From Chrysomallon squamiferum (taxonomy: Eukaryota > Animalia > Mollusca): 64,000 bases of DNA. The translations under genes were made by a program, and so were the position numbers. The stretch covers positions 9,982,001 to 10,046,000 of the forward strand of contig CM022666.1 of NCBI GenBank assembly GCA_012295275.1, written 5' to 3'. The first letter of the stretch is position 1. Each line of letters begins with the position of its first letter. The notes below the pieces were generated by a model, which did not search any database, was not told the DNA's origin, and saw only the letters and a program-made list of their open reading frames with translations. Positions 27,830-40,100 of this stretch are shown here, piece by piece.

Positions 27830-28262
27830 TGGTTACTAATATGTTTGTCAGTGTGTATATGTGTATTAATGTGTCAGTGTGTGTATGTTTTAAGATGTAT
27901 GTATTAATGTGTTGTGTGTATGTGTAGTAACGTGTGTATACTAATATGTGCATATGTGTGTGTACTAATATATGCCTTTGTGTATACTAATGTTTTTGAA
28001 TGTGTGTGATATTAACATGTATGTCAGTGAATGTGTTGACTAATATTTCTGTATATAAAAAATGTGATATGGTGTTTTTGTACTGATATGTAGCAGCGTT
28101 TGTGTATTAATGTGTGTCAGTGGGCAATTATTAATGTGCGTTTTTGTGCTTTTATAAACATATGTGTCAGTGTGTATGTATGTGTTACTAATACCTATGC
28201 CAATATTTGTATATATGTGTATGTGCATACATGATTATGTGTGTGTGTTTGTTATGACCATG
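27830..28262. repeat. Degenerate TG/TA-rich low-complexity tract
   Basis: Direct reading. Confidence 0.7.
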
Positions 28263-28370
28263 TTTTTTTCTGTGTGAATGTTTAATACATTAATATGAAA
28301 TTAACTTCTGATGTTCAAAATAAATAATTAGAATTAATAGAATTATAATATAGTTGTTATTATTTATTTA

Positions 28371-28406
<36 letters not shown>

Positions 28407-28429
28407 CATTATTATTATTATTATTATTT

Positions 28430-29918
28430 AAACATTTTGAATCTTTGATAGTCTGGGCAGGAATAACGGTTTATTCCCGATTCTGGCATTACCGAATCTG
28501 GCAGTGAATTTATAACACATCTTAATTGGACATGCCAGTTGTTCCATTTCTGACATTTTATTTCTCACCCTTACTAATTGGTGTTCCGTCACCTTAATTG
28601 ATGGCCCATCAACTTAATTGATGTACTTTTGTTAAACTGTATTTTGTCCACAATTTGTAGGACAATCAGTCACACTCTATGCAAGAAATGTTCCAGTTTG
28701 CGGGACCTTTTTCGCTCTGTCAGTACAAGCTGGATTTGATGCCCTCAAACATACTCAGCTTGGAAGCTATGTCCTGTGGTGTTGCATCTCCATACCCGGT
28801 CAACAACTTCTTCCTCTCCTCGTCATGTATCTTTGAGATACTGGTCAGCTCGCTTCCACATGGTGTTGGTCAGTAGGTGGACAGCAACTTCGCTCTCATC
28901 CAAGTCCCATCCGGTGTAGTAGTCACGGTGGTAAGGCACCTCGAATACAAACATCTCCACGGTACCGTACCATTCTTGTTACTAATCCGCCGTGCATACC
29001 TATATCCACCAACTATGAGGTCCACACCTGGTTTTCTGCCGTCCAAAATTTCTCCCTTTGCAGCCATGATCAAGCATAACAAACATCTGAACTGAACTGA
29101 ACTGAAACAAAATTAACGTGCTAATCAGAGCTAGCTGTTGTGAAGCACGTCTACGACGGGCACACTTTCTGACAGGTCAGCGGGCGTGTCCATTGCAGAA
29201 AAGTGTTTTGGGTAAGGAAAGAGAGTGGGTTCTCATTATGACTGCAGGACACAAGGGAGTGTCCAGCATATCGGATTGTAACAAGTCAGTTCTGATGTTT
29301 CGTAGACGTTATCCGCTACTTGTTGTTTCCGCCACTTGTCTGGCTCATTGAATATCTCCTAGTCATCACCGGGTCTGTGTTGGTTGCCTCCTGTTTGTTT
29401 GTTCTCTTCTCGGCTGCTGTTGATGTTTCCTTCTTCTTTTTGGCTGCTTCCTTTTGGTCCAACAGTTCCAAACTTTTTTTTTTTTTTTGCCAATGGTCTT
29501 TTTATTGATTTAAAAGGTGCTGTATAAACCTGTAGAGTTTCTTTAGTTTCTTTACATCGGAATGGAATGGAAAAAAATGAACGTGCTAATCAGAGCAAGC
29601 TGTTGTGAAGCACGTCTGCGACAGGCACGCTTTCTGACAGGTCAGTGGGCTTCTTTACATCATGACTGTACAGTATTTATATAGGTAGTATTTCCTGTCT
29701 TCACTGCTCATTAAAGTTAATCTCGTTAATCTGTTCTTCATGCCTCTAAATTGGCCTTAATTGCTCACATCAGTTTTCCCATTTCTGGAAGCGGATTATA
29801 ACACCTCACCGATTACATAATCTGGAGACTGCCAGTTTTGGGAACAGTGACCAGAATATACTGGAATGAAATCATTTTTCCTGTAGGGCAGACAAACCAT
29901 CAGAGATTTAAAAGTTTT
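28430..29918 (-). mobile_element. Non-autonomous Mutator-like (FLYWCH) DNA transposon with degenerate ~80-bp terminal inverted repeats
   Basis: Minus ORF MAAKGEILDGRKPGVDLIVGGYRYARR..VPWRCLYSRCLTTVTT is FLYWCH-like and is followed by SMFEGIKSSLY*Q, typical of the MULE linker. 28430-28505 aligns with the reverse complement of ~29828-29918. Confidence 0.7.
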
Positions 29919-30474
29919 TACAAACATTTGTTTGATATTAAACTTTCATAATAACATATATTTCCTTATTTTTTAAAATCTTTATTATTACCTTTCTTTT
30001 TTTAATTTTGACTAATATCACATTTTCCAACTCTGTGATGGTCTGAGCATGAGCAGTGAATGATCAGAAAACTCTCTGGGATGAAATCACTGTTCCTGTG
30101 GAGCAGCCAGGTCATCACAGATATTTGTTTTTCCTCTTTGACTTGTTTTATTATTAATCTATGGTGAAAGAAATAGTGATACAGTGACAGGAAATGTCTC
30201 CATTATTGTCATTATATTGTTATGAAAAGTTTCAAACTTTATTCATATTATTCATTCTTAGTATTTCATTTATCTTTAAAGAAATCTAGTTTAATTATAG
30301 TTGATGAAGTAAATAGTGACTCTCCATCATTAGCTACTGGACTATAATCACTATTTCTTTCAACAGACTGATATTTATTAAACATAATTTACTAATAGTA
30401 TTAATATTCAGCACATCTCTATTCAGTATATACTACTAACAACAAGTAAGAGCCAGAATTTACATATGATTCAG

Positions 30475-30778
30475 ATTTCTGTAAACATGACATTTGTGGA
30501 GATGGTTCCACCTGTACAATGGATGCACCATGATTTCTGGGTTTCATGTCGGGGTTCCATGGGTGGGGTGCACATACTTAGGGCTGTGGTGGCTTGTGAG
30601 GTCACTCCTTCAGTGACAGGGATTGTCTGGGTGACGATGCTGCTGATGGGACATCTGTCCACCTGGTGGGTGACTCCTGTCCAATGTTCTTGGACTGGGA
30701 ATGTTACACATGGGGAATATCTCATCATGGATGTTAACAGGTGCTGGGAGTGTCACCAAGTTGCACTGTTGAATTTCA
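30475..30778 (+). pseudogene. Degenerate Cys-rich exon (EGF-like followed by Sushi/CCP-like remnant)
   Basis: ttcag|D FCKHDICGDGSTCT..GFHG..GCTYLG..VGDS..C..GVSPSCT, with stops and frameshifts. GC-richer island in AT-rich DNA. Confidence 0.45.
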
Positions 30779-31724
30779 GTGATAAACATGGAACACTCAC
30801 ACACACATACACACACACTCACACATACTGATATACATATACACATATACACATAAACAGACAGACAGGCAGAAAGAAAAAGAAAAGAAACAGAAGAAAC
30901 AAAGAAAAAACTTATCAAATACTACCTCTGTTTGATACAGTGATTAAACAGGAAATAGATTTTGGTGCAGTCAATAATATTATTTATGGTTTAGTTTGTT
31001 AATAATATTTATTTTTATTTTTATAAGCTTTAATATATTAAGGGGAAAAACATATACAATGTACATGTGACCATTTGGACAAGAAAAGTTATTTAAAATA
31101 TTTCTTCGAGGTAAAACAGTGTGAGTATACACATTACATATTAATTTGAATTTTATCATCATTTGTTTCTTTAACTCAGGATTGAATATCTACCAACTGT
31201 AGAAAGGTTATATTGAATATATATAGAAAGATATATTCTACATAGTTTTTTTGAAATGATAAATAACCTTAAAAATATTAATGATTTTTTTTTATATATA
31301 TTTGGCAAATGACACAGGGCTAAATATATGAATTATTACTTGAAAAATATTTGCCCAAATTTTACATTAGTGATCAGAGTTATATACTTTGTGTGTCTGT
31401 GTGTGAATAAAATTAGAAGTGATTTATTTAAATTTTATTAATATTATTTTAATAGGTTTAGAACAGCATTCCTGCTTTGATATATATATATATATATATA
31501 TCTATATAATGTTTTTAGATTTGTTATTTTATATGATGATATTTGTTTATTGTTATATAATTATTTATATCACATTTTTACTTGGTTTAAAAATATGTCA
31601 TAACAAGTAAAAACTACAGCTGTTCAGTACAAAATGTTGTGTATAAAGTCACAATCAGCAAATTTCAACTCTTATACTATTGTTTATTGCCTATTGAAAT
31701 TTATTAAAAAGAATTGAAAAAAAA

Positions 31725-31760
<36 letters not shown>

Positions 31761-32899
31761 ACATGTAATAACATAACCCATACAAAATGACAGTAAAGCT
31801 ATAAATATTATATAACAATTTTTTCAGTAAATATGAAAACATTTTAATAAGAATGTATATCATCTGCTAATGTAAACACTGTACTAAGAACAGAACAGCA
31901 CATACCATAATCTTTGATATTTCCTTTAAATATTCATTAATATAAATTCAACAGTGGCTATAATTTTAATTAGAAATGTATGTATAATCATAGAATTATT
32001 CCATCAAGCTTTATAAAATTGATTGAAAATATTTAACAATATTTTAAGGATGTTTACTGACAAATGTATATAAAAAAAAAATCGGTTGTCATTCCATGAG
32101 CAATTCCAGTCAACTATCAATATGTTCAGTGAAAACTGTGGCCAATCAGCCCAGTAGATTATCTTATTTCTAGCTTTCTAATATCAGTTTTATAAAGTAT
32201 CTTCATTGGATTTCCTTCATATTTTAAATTTTTTAATTTTTTTTTTTTTTTTGAATGGTATCTTTACTTCTTAGTGATTTTCATGTTCAACTATTTTAAT
32301 TCTGTTTCCTGGGAATGCAATAATGGCACCTCAGCTGTATTCTCAGAAACCAGATTAAATTAGATTATTCAAGCCATACTTTATTATCTCTGCTGTAAGT
32401 TTCTTTATTTTTAAAATTAATAAATCACAACATCACTACTCTACTGTATACCAAGATAATTCAACCATTACAGGCAGCCATAATTGACGTGTTTAAAACA
32501 CTGATGTCTTACCATTTGTATTTGAGTTGGTTCTCATAAAAAAAATGGGTTGATGCTCATTGCTGGGAATAGCTCATGGAGCAACAGGTATTTCTCTCCA
32601 GCATCATTTTAATGCAGTGACAAATGGAACTCAGCTCATAACAACATTACAGACTGTTTGGTTCTTTTTAACTAAAATTAAAACTTAAATTGTTATCTGG
32701 AATTTCAGTTTAGCTTCCCAAATTTATGCCAGAAAAAAAAAAAAAAAAAAAAAAAACTCACAAAAATAGAAAAATAAGTATTGCCAACCAACACAAATTC
32801 TGACTATATAGAAATCTTCTCATTGTATGTTGCTGGTATTTAATTTATTTATTTACTTGTTATTATTATTATTATTATTTAATTTTTTATTATTATTAT

Positions 32900-32936
<37 letters not shown>

Positions 32937-33009
32937 TTATTCTTTTCTATCACTATATAGTTGTGCTTAGGTATTTCTGAATCTTCTTGTTATAAATTTA
33001 ATAGAAATA

Positions 33010-33470
33010 TTCTTGTAAGTTGCTGTTCAGGGAATTCAGAATATCTTGTCTCTGCTATTTGCTTAAGATTAATGGAAGTATTTCTCAATTCTATCAGTAA
33101 CAGGATATTCTTGCATATTTATATATCCATGTAAATTTCATAGAAACTTTCTATTCTTTAGCTTGCTGTCCTGGGAATTCAGAATAAATGCACCATCCTG
33201 TTTGCCCAGAACTGAAAGTTAATGGAAATAACTAATTTCTGGGATTTTATTTTTATATATTTTTTTTTATATATAAATTTTTTTATACCCATCTTTTATT
33301 GTCTCTTGCTGATTTCTGAATTAAAATATCTTCTGTTCTGCTTAACAGACTGAAATTTAATGAGTTATTTCATAAATCTAACCTCCATTATTTTTACTGC
33401 AACTTGCTGTTCTGGGAATTCAGAACAACTGCCCCATGCTGTCTGCCCAGAACTGAAAGTTATTGGGACA
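33010..33470. repeat. Local dispersed ~70-bp repeat
   Basis: ttgctgt..gggaattcagaa..gcccagaactgaaagtta at ~33165 and 33403, with a partial copy at ~33020. Confidence 0.55.
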
Positions 33471-34739
33471 GAAATTACTCTGAGGATGGTTCTTGGATTT
33501 TACTATAAGTTCTATTTAATGCTTCAGCTTAATGTCTGAGAATTCTGTGACTCTTCATATACTCCGAACAAATTAACTAGATACACCACTATTCTGTCAT
33601 ATTGTAGATTGTTCTGGTATTACAGTTTTCATTATTCATTCTGTTTCAAATTCTTTGCTCAGAATTGTTTTCATATTGCAGTCTTTTGTCTTCTTAAACC
33701 AAGATCCAAATAACAGTTTTGTTAGGTTACAGGCCAGTAAAATATTTTCAAGATAATACTTGGTAAACACCTTGTAATCTTGAAAAGTAAGATTCTTGGA
33801 AAAATTAACCAGAAAAATTTAACTCCTTGTGAGAAATGCTCAGTGTTTATAGTTATTTTTATTTATTTATTTAGTGTTTTGATATAGATACATTTTTATT
33901 TATTTTTGTGGGAAATTCTAAATTTCTAAAAACAAAATTTATCTCCTCTATTTTGTTTTGTTTTGTTTTGTTTCGTTTTTATGTCTATTTTTATGATAAT
34001 ACTTTTTATTGTTAGCATTTTGTTACAATGCTAAATTTCATTTATTTCTTTACTCAAAATATATCTTTTAAATGCATATCTTTGTAAATAGTATATTTTT
34101 ATTGTTAATCATTACTGTACACATAAAATATGTTTTATTTTGCTATGAGCTTCCGTGGTTATTTCAAATTTCATTCCAATCATTTTTTATTTATTTATTT
34201 ATTTATTTATTTTAAACAAAAACATCTATATTTTTAAATATATAATTTCTGTTGTAAAACAATCTTTCTGCTGTTATGTTGATATTTTAATAATATTTAT
34301 CTTAATGTTTTAAATTTGTTTGACTAATTTTAGTATTATTATTATTGCTATTATTTATTTATTTATTTATGAAAGAAAATAAGCAGGAGTATTTGATTAC
34401 AGTACTTGACAATAAAATACTTGTGAAAAATTAAATTTTTTATAGCAGTACGAATGACAAGCATTACTTAGAATTTTCATTTTTACATATGTTTATAAAA
34501 ACTGAAAGTATTAATAACCAAATTAATCTTGGGAACTGGGTATCATCCAAACTTGCAAGAAACATTTTCAACACATTCATTTAAAATGAGTTTTTAAATG
34601 AAGATCTTCTTCCTATTTTGGATTGGAAGGTGATCAGAAACAACTATTATCACTTTATCCATGAATATAAAACTTTGAAAAAAGCTTATGAAAAACATTA
34701 TGTTAAAAGAGACTTTTATGGCAGATAAAGAGATAATAA

Positions 34740-35660
34740 GTGTCTATTTCCATCTTGAAGGATACTGCAAAAGAGGCTATATCTATGACTTTGGCAGTAC
34801 CAAAACTTTTCAATAAACCTTGGTTTACTGATTACTGTAAAGAAGTAATCAAAGAGTTAACAAGACCCTGGAAAGGTTCAAACGAGCCAACTGAGAACAG
34901 TCTGGACACTTATCATATTGCTAGGGCTAAGGTTATGTAAAAATACAGAAAGAAGACATCATGGAAAAAATATATTTCCAGTATCAATTCACAAACATCA
35001 ATCAAATCTGTGTGGAATAGGATCTGAAGGACCAAGGGAAAGGAATGCACTGACACTGGCCACCATTTGTCAATAATAGAGATGTCACATCTCAACGTGA
35101 CATTGCTAATGTGTTGGCAGATAACTTTTCCCATAATTTTTCTTCTTCTTTCAGTACAGGTTATTTCACATCCGCAGGCTTATTAATTTTTCATCTGAGA
35201 ATGCTGAGGTATGCAATATGCCCTTTGCCCTAGAAGAATTGCAGCATGCTCCACATAGAGCTTATGATACTTCAGCAGGCCCAGATGAAATACTTAAATG
35301 TTTACCCAGCTCTTCTCTCTTGCTTCTTCTAAGCATTTTATATAAAATAAAGCCTTAAAAGCCCTCAATATTTTAAAAGTTATTGGCAATACTGAATGGG
35401 GAGTTAGACCAACTTTACCAACACATCCTGCACATGACACGATATTTGACAACAAATATGTTAGGTTGATGCAAGGCCAAATGCCATTAAAACATTTGGT
35501 CTTCACATCAGCAAATTTTAACTGCTTCCAACATTGATTTTTCAGACATTTGGAAACATTTATACATTTTGTTATTCCATCATGGTGTGTTAAGCTACAA
35601 GCATTGTGCTGGATTTTGTGCATCTTAGAAAAGGTGACTCAGATCCTATTATTTATCAAC
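34740..35660 (+). mobile_element. Internally deleted, degenerate LINE ORF2 (I/Nimb-like RT-RNase H clade)
   Basis: KPWFTDYCKEVIK, SINSQTSIKSVWNRI, DIANVLADNFSHN, PFALEELQHA..DTSAGPDEI, KALKALNILKVIGNTEWG and PTHPAHDTIF motifs across frameshifts. The RT core is missing. Confidence 0.8.
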
Positions 35661-37159
35661 TTTTCACATATCTAAACTTTCATACATTGTTTTTTTTTCA
35701 GTCACATGTTAATCTTCAGGAGGAAATGGTGTCTTGGAAAACTGGAAGACTGCAAGTGATGATTTAGTGGAGAGGATTGGATTTCTTTTGTTACCCAAGT
35801 TAAGTAATGATTCAGAGAAAACTTATATAAATTAAAATGAATGAAAGGAAAGAAATTTATAAAAATGACTCATCTATAAACTCAAACTGTATACTTATAA
35901 TAACTTGTATAGTCACAAACAAAATTAATTTATTTTATTAATAGTGGTTAAACCTGACTGAATGTAAATATAGAGTACTTAAAACCACACGAACCGATGT
36001 GCCACATATACCGCACTTCTACATGACACACATGCACGTACAGATACATATAGAAAAAATAACAAACATCTTAAATGACACAACACAAAACATGCAAACA
36101 CACATTAACACAGACACACAGTAAAGAATTTCTTCACATCTTGCATCTGAATTAAAACTAAGGAATTGTATAATAAATGATACAGCTTAATGCAGTTAGG
36201 AAATGTATATGTAGGATTTTTGAAATAAGTTTGAATTTCTTTATTTTAGGAGGCACCTAATGAAAAAAGAGGATAAAACAATTTCAAAGATATTTCAGCA
36301 ACTTAAAAATAATTTGGGTAACTTAATTTAAATACCTTTCACTCAAAATAAAAAAAATAAAAAAATTATAAATAAATAACAGTAATATATAAATATAAAT
36401 AAATCTCTTTGTTTTGAATATCTTTAGAATTAGTTTAGAATGAATGTTTTTCTTTTTATATTGGAATAAGACTTACTTACTAGCTTCTCATGTTTAATTT
36501 TAAACTTATTTCATAATAATAATTAGTAAGAGTAAAGCAAATAGTCTTTTTTACATCAAGTTAAGAACTAAATATATTCATACTTAAATTATTATTTACA
36601 TTTTTGATTTTAATCTTTCACAGGATTAAAGTATTTTTTAATTCAACTCAACTAGAATTTGTAAACAAATAGAACCTTAAAATTATAAGAGTTTATGAAA
36701 TAAAATAATAAATATTTCTCAATGAGATATAAAAAATAAAACATTAAAAAAAGTAAAAAACAAAAAGACTTGTAACAAAACAAAATTATAATACCTTATT
36801 TTCTCACAATTGTAGTACACATCTAAGAGATTTGCTTTCATCCATAATCCTATGTTCCTTATTTAGCAGATAAGGAACAAACATCTGTGAAATGAAAACA
36901 TTCCTTTGCAGAATCAAAGAATTACTTAAGACTAAATGAAAAGAAGAAAAAAAAAAAAAAAAAATAATAGTAACAATAATGCGAAAAACTTCTAGCAAAA
37001 AGTAAATGAAAGTTTGTTTAAATTTTCAGAATTCGTTGTTGATATTTAGAGTTCAAAATAAAATGTTCTTTCAATTGCATTTATTATCTGATATCTTAAC
37101 TTTCATACAATATTTCATCATCTTTCAGAGTCAAGGCTAAATTACCAGTATGAAATACT

Positions 37160-40100
37160 GAATTGGAAAACTGCAACACCATCATCACCATCATGATAAA
37201 AATGAATCAAAAGAATTATCATGATGATTATAGTACTGAGGGTACATCATCTTCATGAAAATAAAATGAAATAATTAATAGTAATAATATTAATAGTGAT
37301 AGTTGTGATAATGACAGTATTAAAGTTAACTGAAAACATCATCTTCATCGTCAAAGAGAATGTAAGAACAATGATATGATTATAACAATAAGAGTAATAC
37401 TATTAATGGTGGAATTAATTTTGTATTTAACTGTTTGTTAAATGAAATACTGACATTTTTTGGATTTGTTTTCACAGGATCACAGGAATACACAGATGAA
37501 ATGAGGAATGGGTTTTTATATTTTTCGGGGGTTGCCGGCATTTGGGTGGGCGTGTATGCATTTTAATGTAGGCATCAGATTGTTAGTACTGATGTCTACA
37601 GATGAATGTTCTGCTTTATAATCCGTAGGTCTCATAGGTGAAGAAGGTGAAAGAATGCTGCAGGAGAAAGACATGACACAAAAGGTAAAGAGAAATGCCT
37701 GTACATTTTTAGAAGAAGATTAATAAAAAAAAAAAGTATTGGCTTTATAAAAAGTAATTAAAAGAAGTGAGATAAGATAAAATAAAATAAAATAAAATAA
37801 AGTGATAAGAACAACAACAACAATAATAGTAACAACTATAATTGCATTACTGAAAATGAGAATAATAAAGAGAATAACAACAAGAACAACAACTACAACA
37901 ACAGCATCATGAACATCTTCATCATCAAAGAGAATAAGTGTTATGATGATGATGATAATAAAAACAGTAACACTAGTAATGATGGAATTATTTTTTTATT
38001 TGTTTTAAAGTTTGTTAGATGAAATACTGACATTTCTACGTTTTCTTTTCTAATGATGACAAGAGTAAACTGAGGATGAGAATCTACATATGCGTCTCCT
38101 GTTTAAGAATGATGAATCTTCTGCATAGGACATCTCGTAAATGGTAAACAGAAATACCTCTACATTTTGTTAAGAAGAAATTAATAAAAGGTGAAAAATA
38201 AAATTATTTGCTCTAGAAAAAGTAATTAATATGAAATGAAATAAATTAATGGTAATAAAAATTATAATAGTGATAATGATAATAATGAATTTATTAAAAC
38301 AGTAATAATGATGACATTATCATCATCATCATCATCATCATTATTTAAGAGAATAATAAGAATTATGATGATGATGATAGTAAAGAGGGTAACACTAGTA
38401 ATTATGGAATTATTTGTATTTGTTTTAAAGATTGTTAAATGAAACATTGACATTTCTGCAGTTTATTTACTCAAGATGAGAAGAGGAAACTGAAGAGGAG
38501 AATCTACACATGCATCTTCAGCTTAAGAATGCTGCAGGAGCAGGACATCAGCTAAATGGTAAACAGGAATGCCTGTACATTTTATGAAGAAGAAATTAAG
38601 AAAAAGTGAAAATTAAAAATATTTGCTTTAAGTAAAGTAATGAAAATAAAATGAAATAATTAATAGTAATAATATTAATAGTGATAGTTGTGATAATGAC
38701 AGTATTAAAGTTAACTGAAAGCATCATATTCATCGTCAAAGAGAATGTAAGAACAATGATATGATTATAACAATAAGAGTAATACTATTAATGGTGTAAT
38801 TAATTTTGTACTTGTTTAAGTGTTTTTAAATGAAATACTGACATTTTTTGGATTTGTTTTCACAGGATCACAGGAATACAAAGATGAAATCAGGAATGGG
38901 TTTTTCATTTTCTGGGTGTTGCCGGCATTTGGGTTTAGGTATATGCATTTTAATGTAGGCATCAGATTGTTAGTACTGATGTCTACAGATGAATGTTCTG
39001 CTTTATAATCCGTAGGTCTCATAGGTGAAGAAGGTGAAAGAATGCTGCAGGAGAAAGACATGACACAAAAGGTAAAGAGAAATGCCTGTACATTTTTAGA
39101 AGAAGATTAATAAAAAAAATAAAAGTATTGGCTTTATAAAAAGTAATTAAAAGAAGTGAGATAAGATAAAATAAAATAAAATAAAATAAAGTGATTAGAA
39201 CAACAACAACAATAATAGTAACAACTATAATTGCATTACTGAAAATGAGAATAATAAAGAGAATAACAACAAGAACAACAACTACAACAACAGCATCATG
39301 AACATCTTCATCATCAAAGAGAATAAGTGTTATGATGATGATGATAAAAACGGTAACACTAGTAATGATGGAATTATTTTTTTATTTGTTTTAAAGTTTG
39401 TTAGATGAAATACTGACATTTCTACGTTTTCTTTTCTAATGATGACAAGAGTAAACTGAGGATGAGAATCTACATATGCGTCTCCTGTTTAAGAATGATG
39501 CATCTTCTGCATAGGACATCTCGTAAATGGTAAACAGAAATACCTCTACATTTTGTTAAGAAGAAATTAATAAAAAGTGAAAAATAAAATTATTTGCTCT
39601 AGAAAAAGTAATTAATATGAAATGAAATAAATTAATGGTAATAAAAATTATAATAGTGATAATGATAATAATGAATTTATTAAAACAGTAATAACGATGA
39701 CATTATCATCATCATTATTTAAGAGAATAATAAGAATTATGATGATGATGATAGTAAAGAGGGTAACACTAGTAATTATGGAATTATTTGTATTTGTTTT
39801 AAAGATTGTTAAATGAAACATTGACATTTCTGCAGTTTATTTACTCAGGATGAGAAGAGGAAACTGAAGAGGAGAATCTACACATGCATCTTCAGCTTAA
39901 GAATGCTGCAGGAGCAGGACATCAGCTAAATGGTAAACAGGAATGCCTGTACATTTTATGAAGAAGAAATTAAGAAAAAGTGAAAATTAAAAATACTTGC
40001 TTTAAATAAAGTAATGAAAATAAAATGAAATAATTAGTAGTAATAATATTAATAGTGATAGTTGTGATAATGACAGTATTAAAGTTAACTGAAAACATCA

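Noticed and set aside
39849-39932. In-frame TGA in type C exons as selenocysteine
   Set aside because: The position alternates with CGA, TTA and TCA in other units and no SECIS was identified. Mutational decay is simpler.
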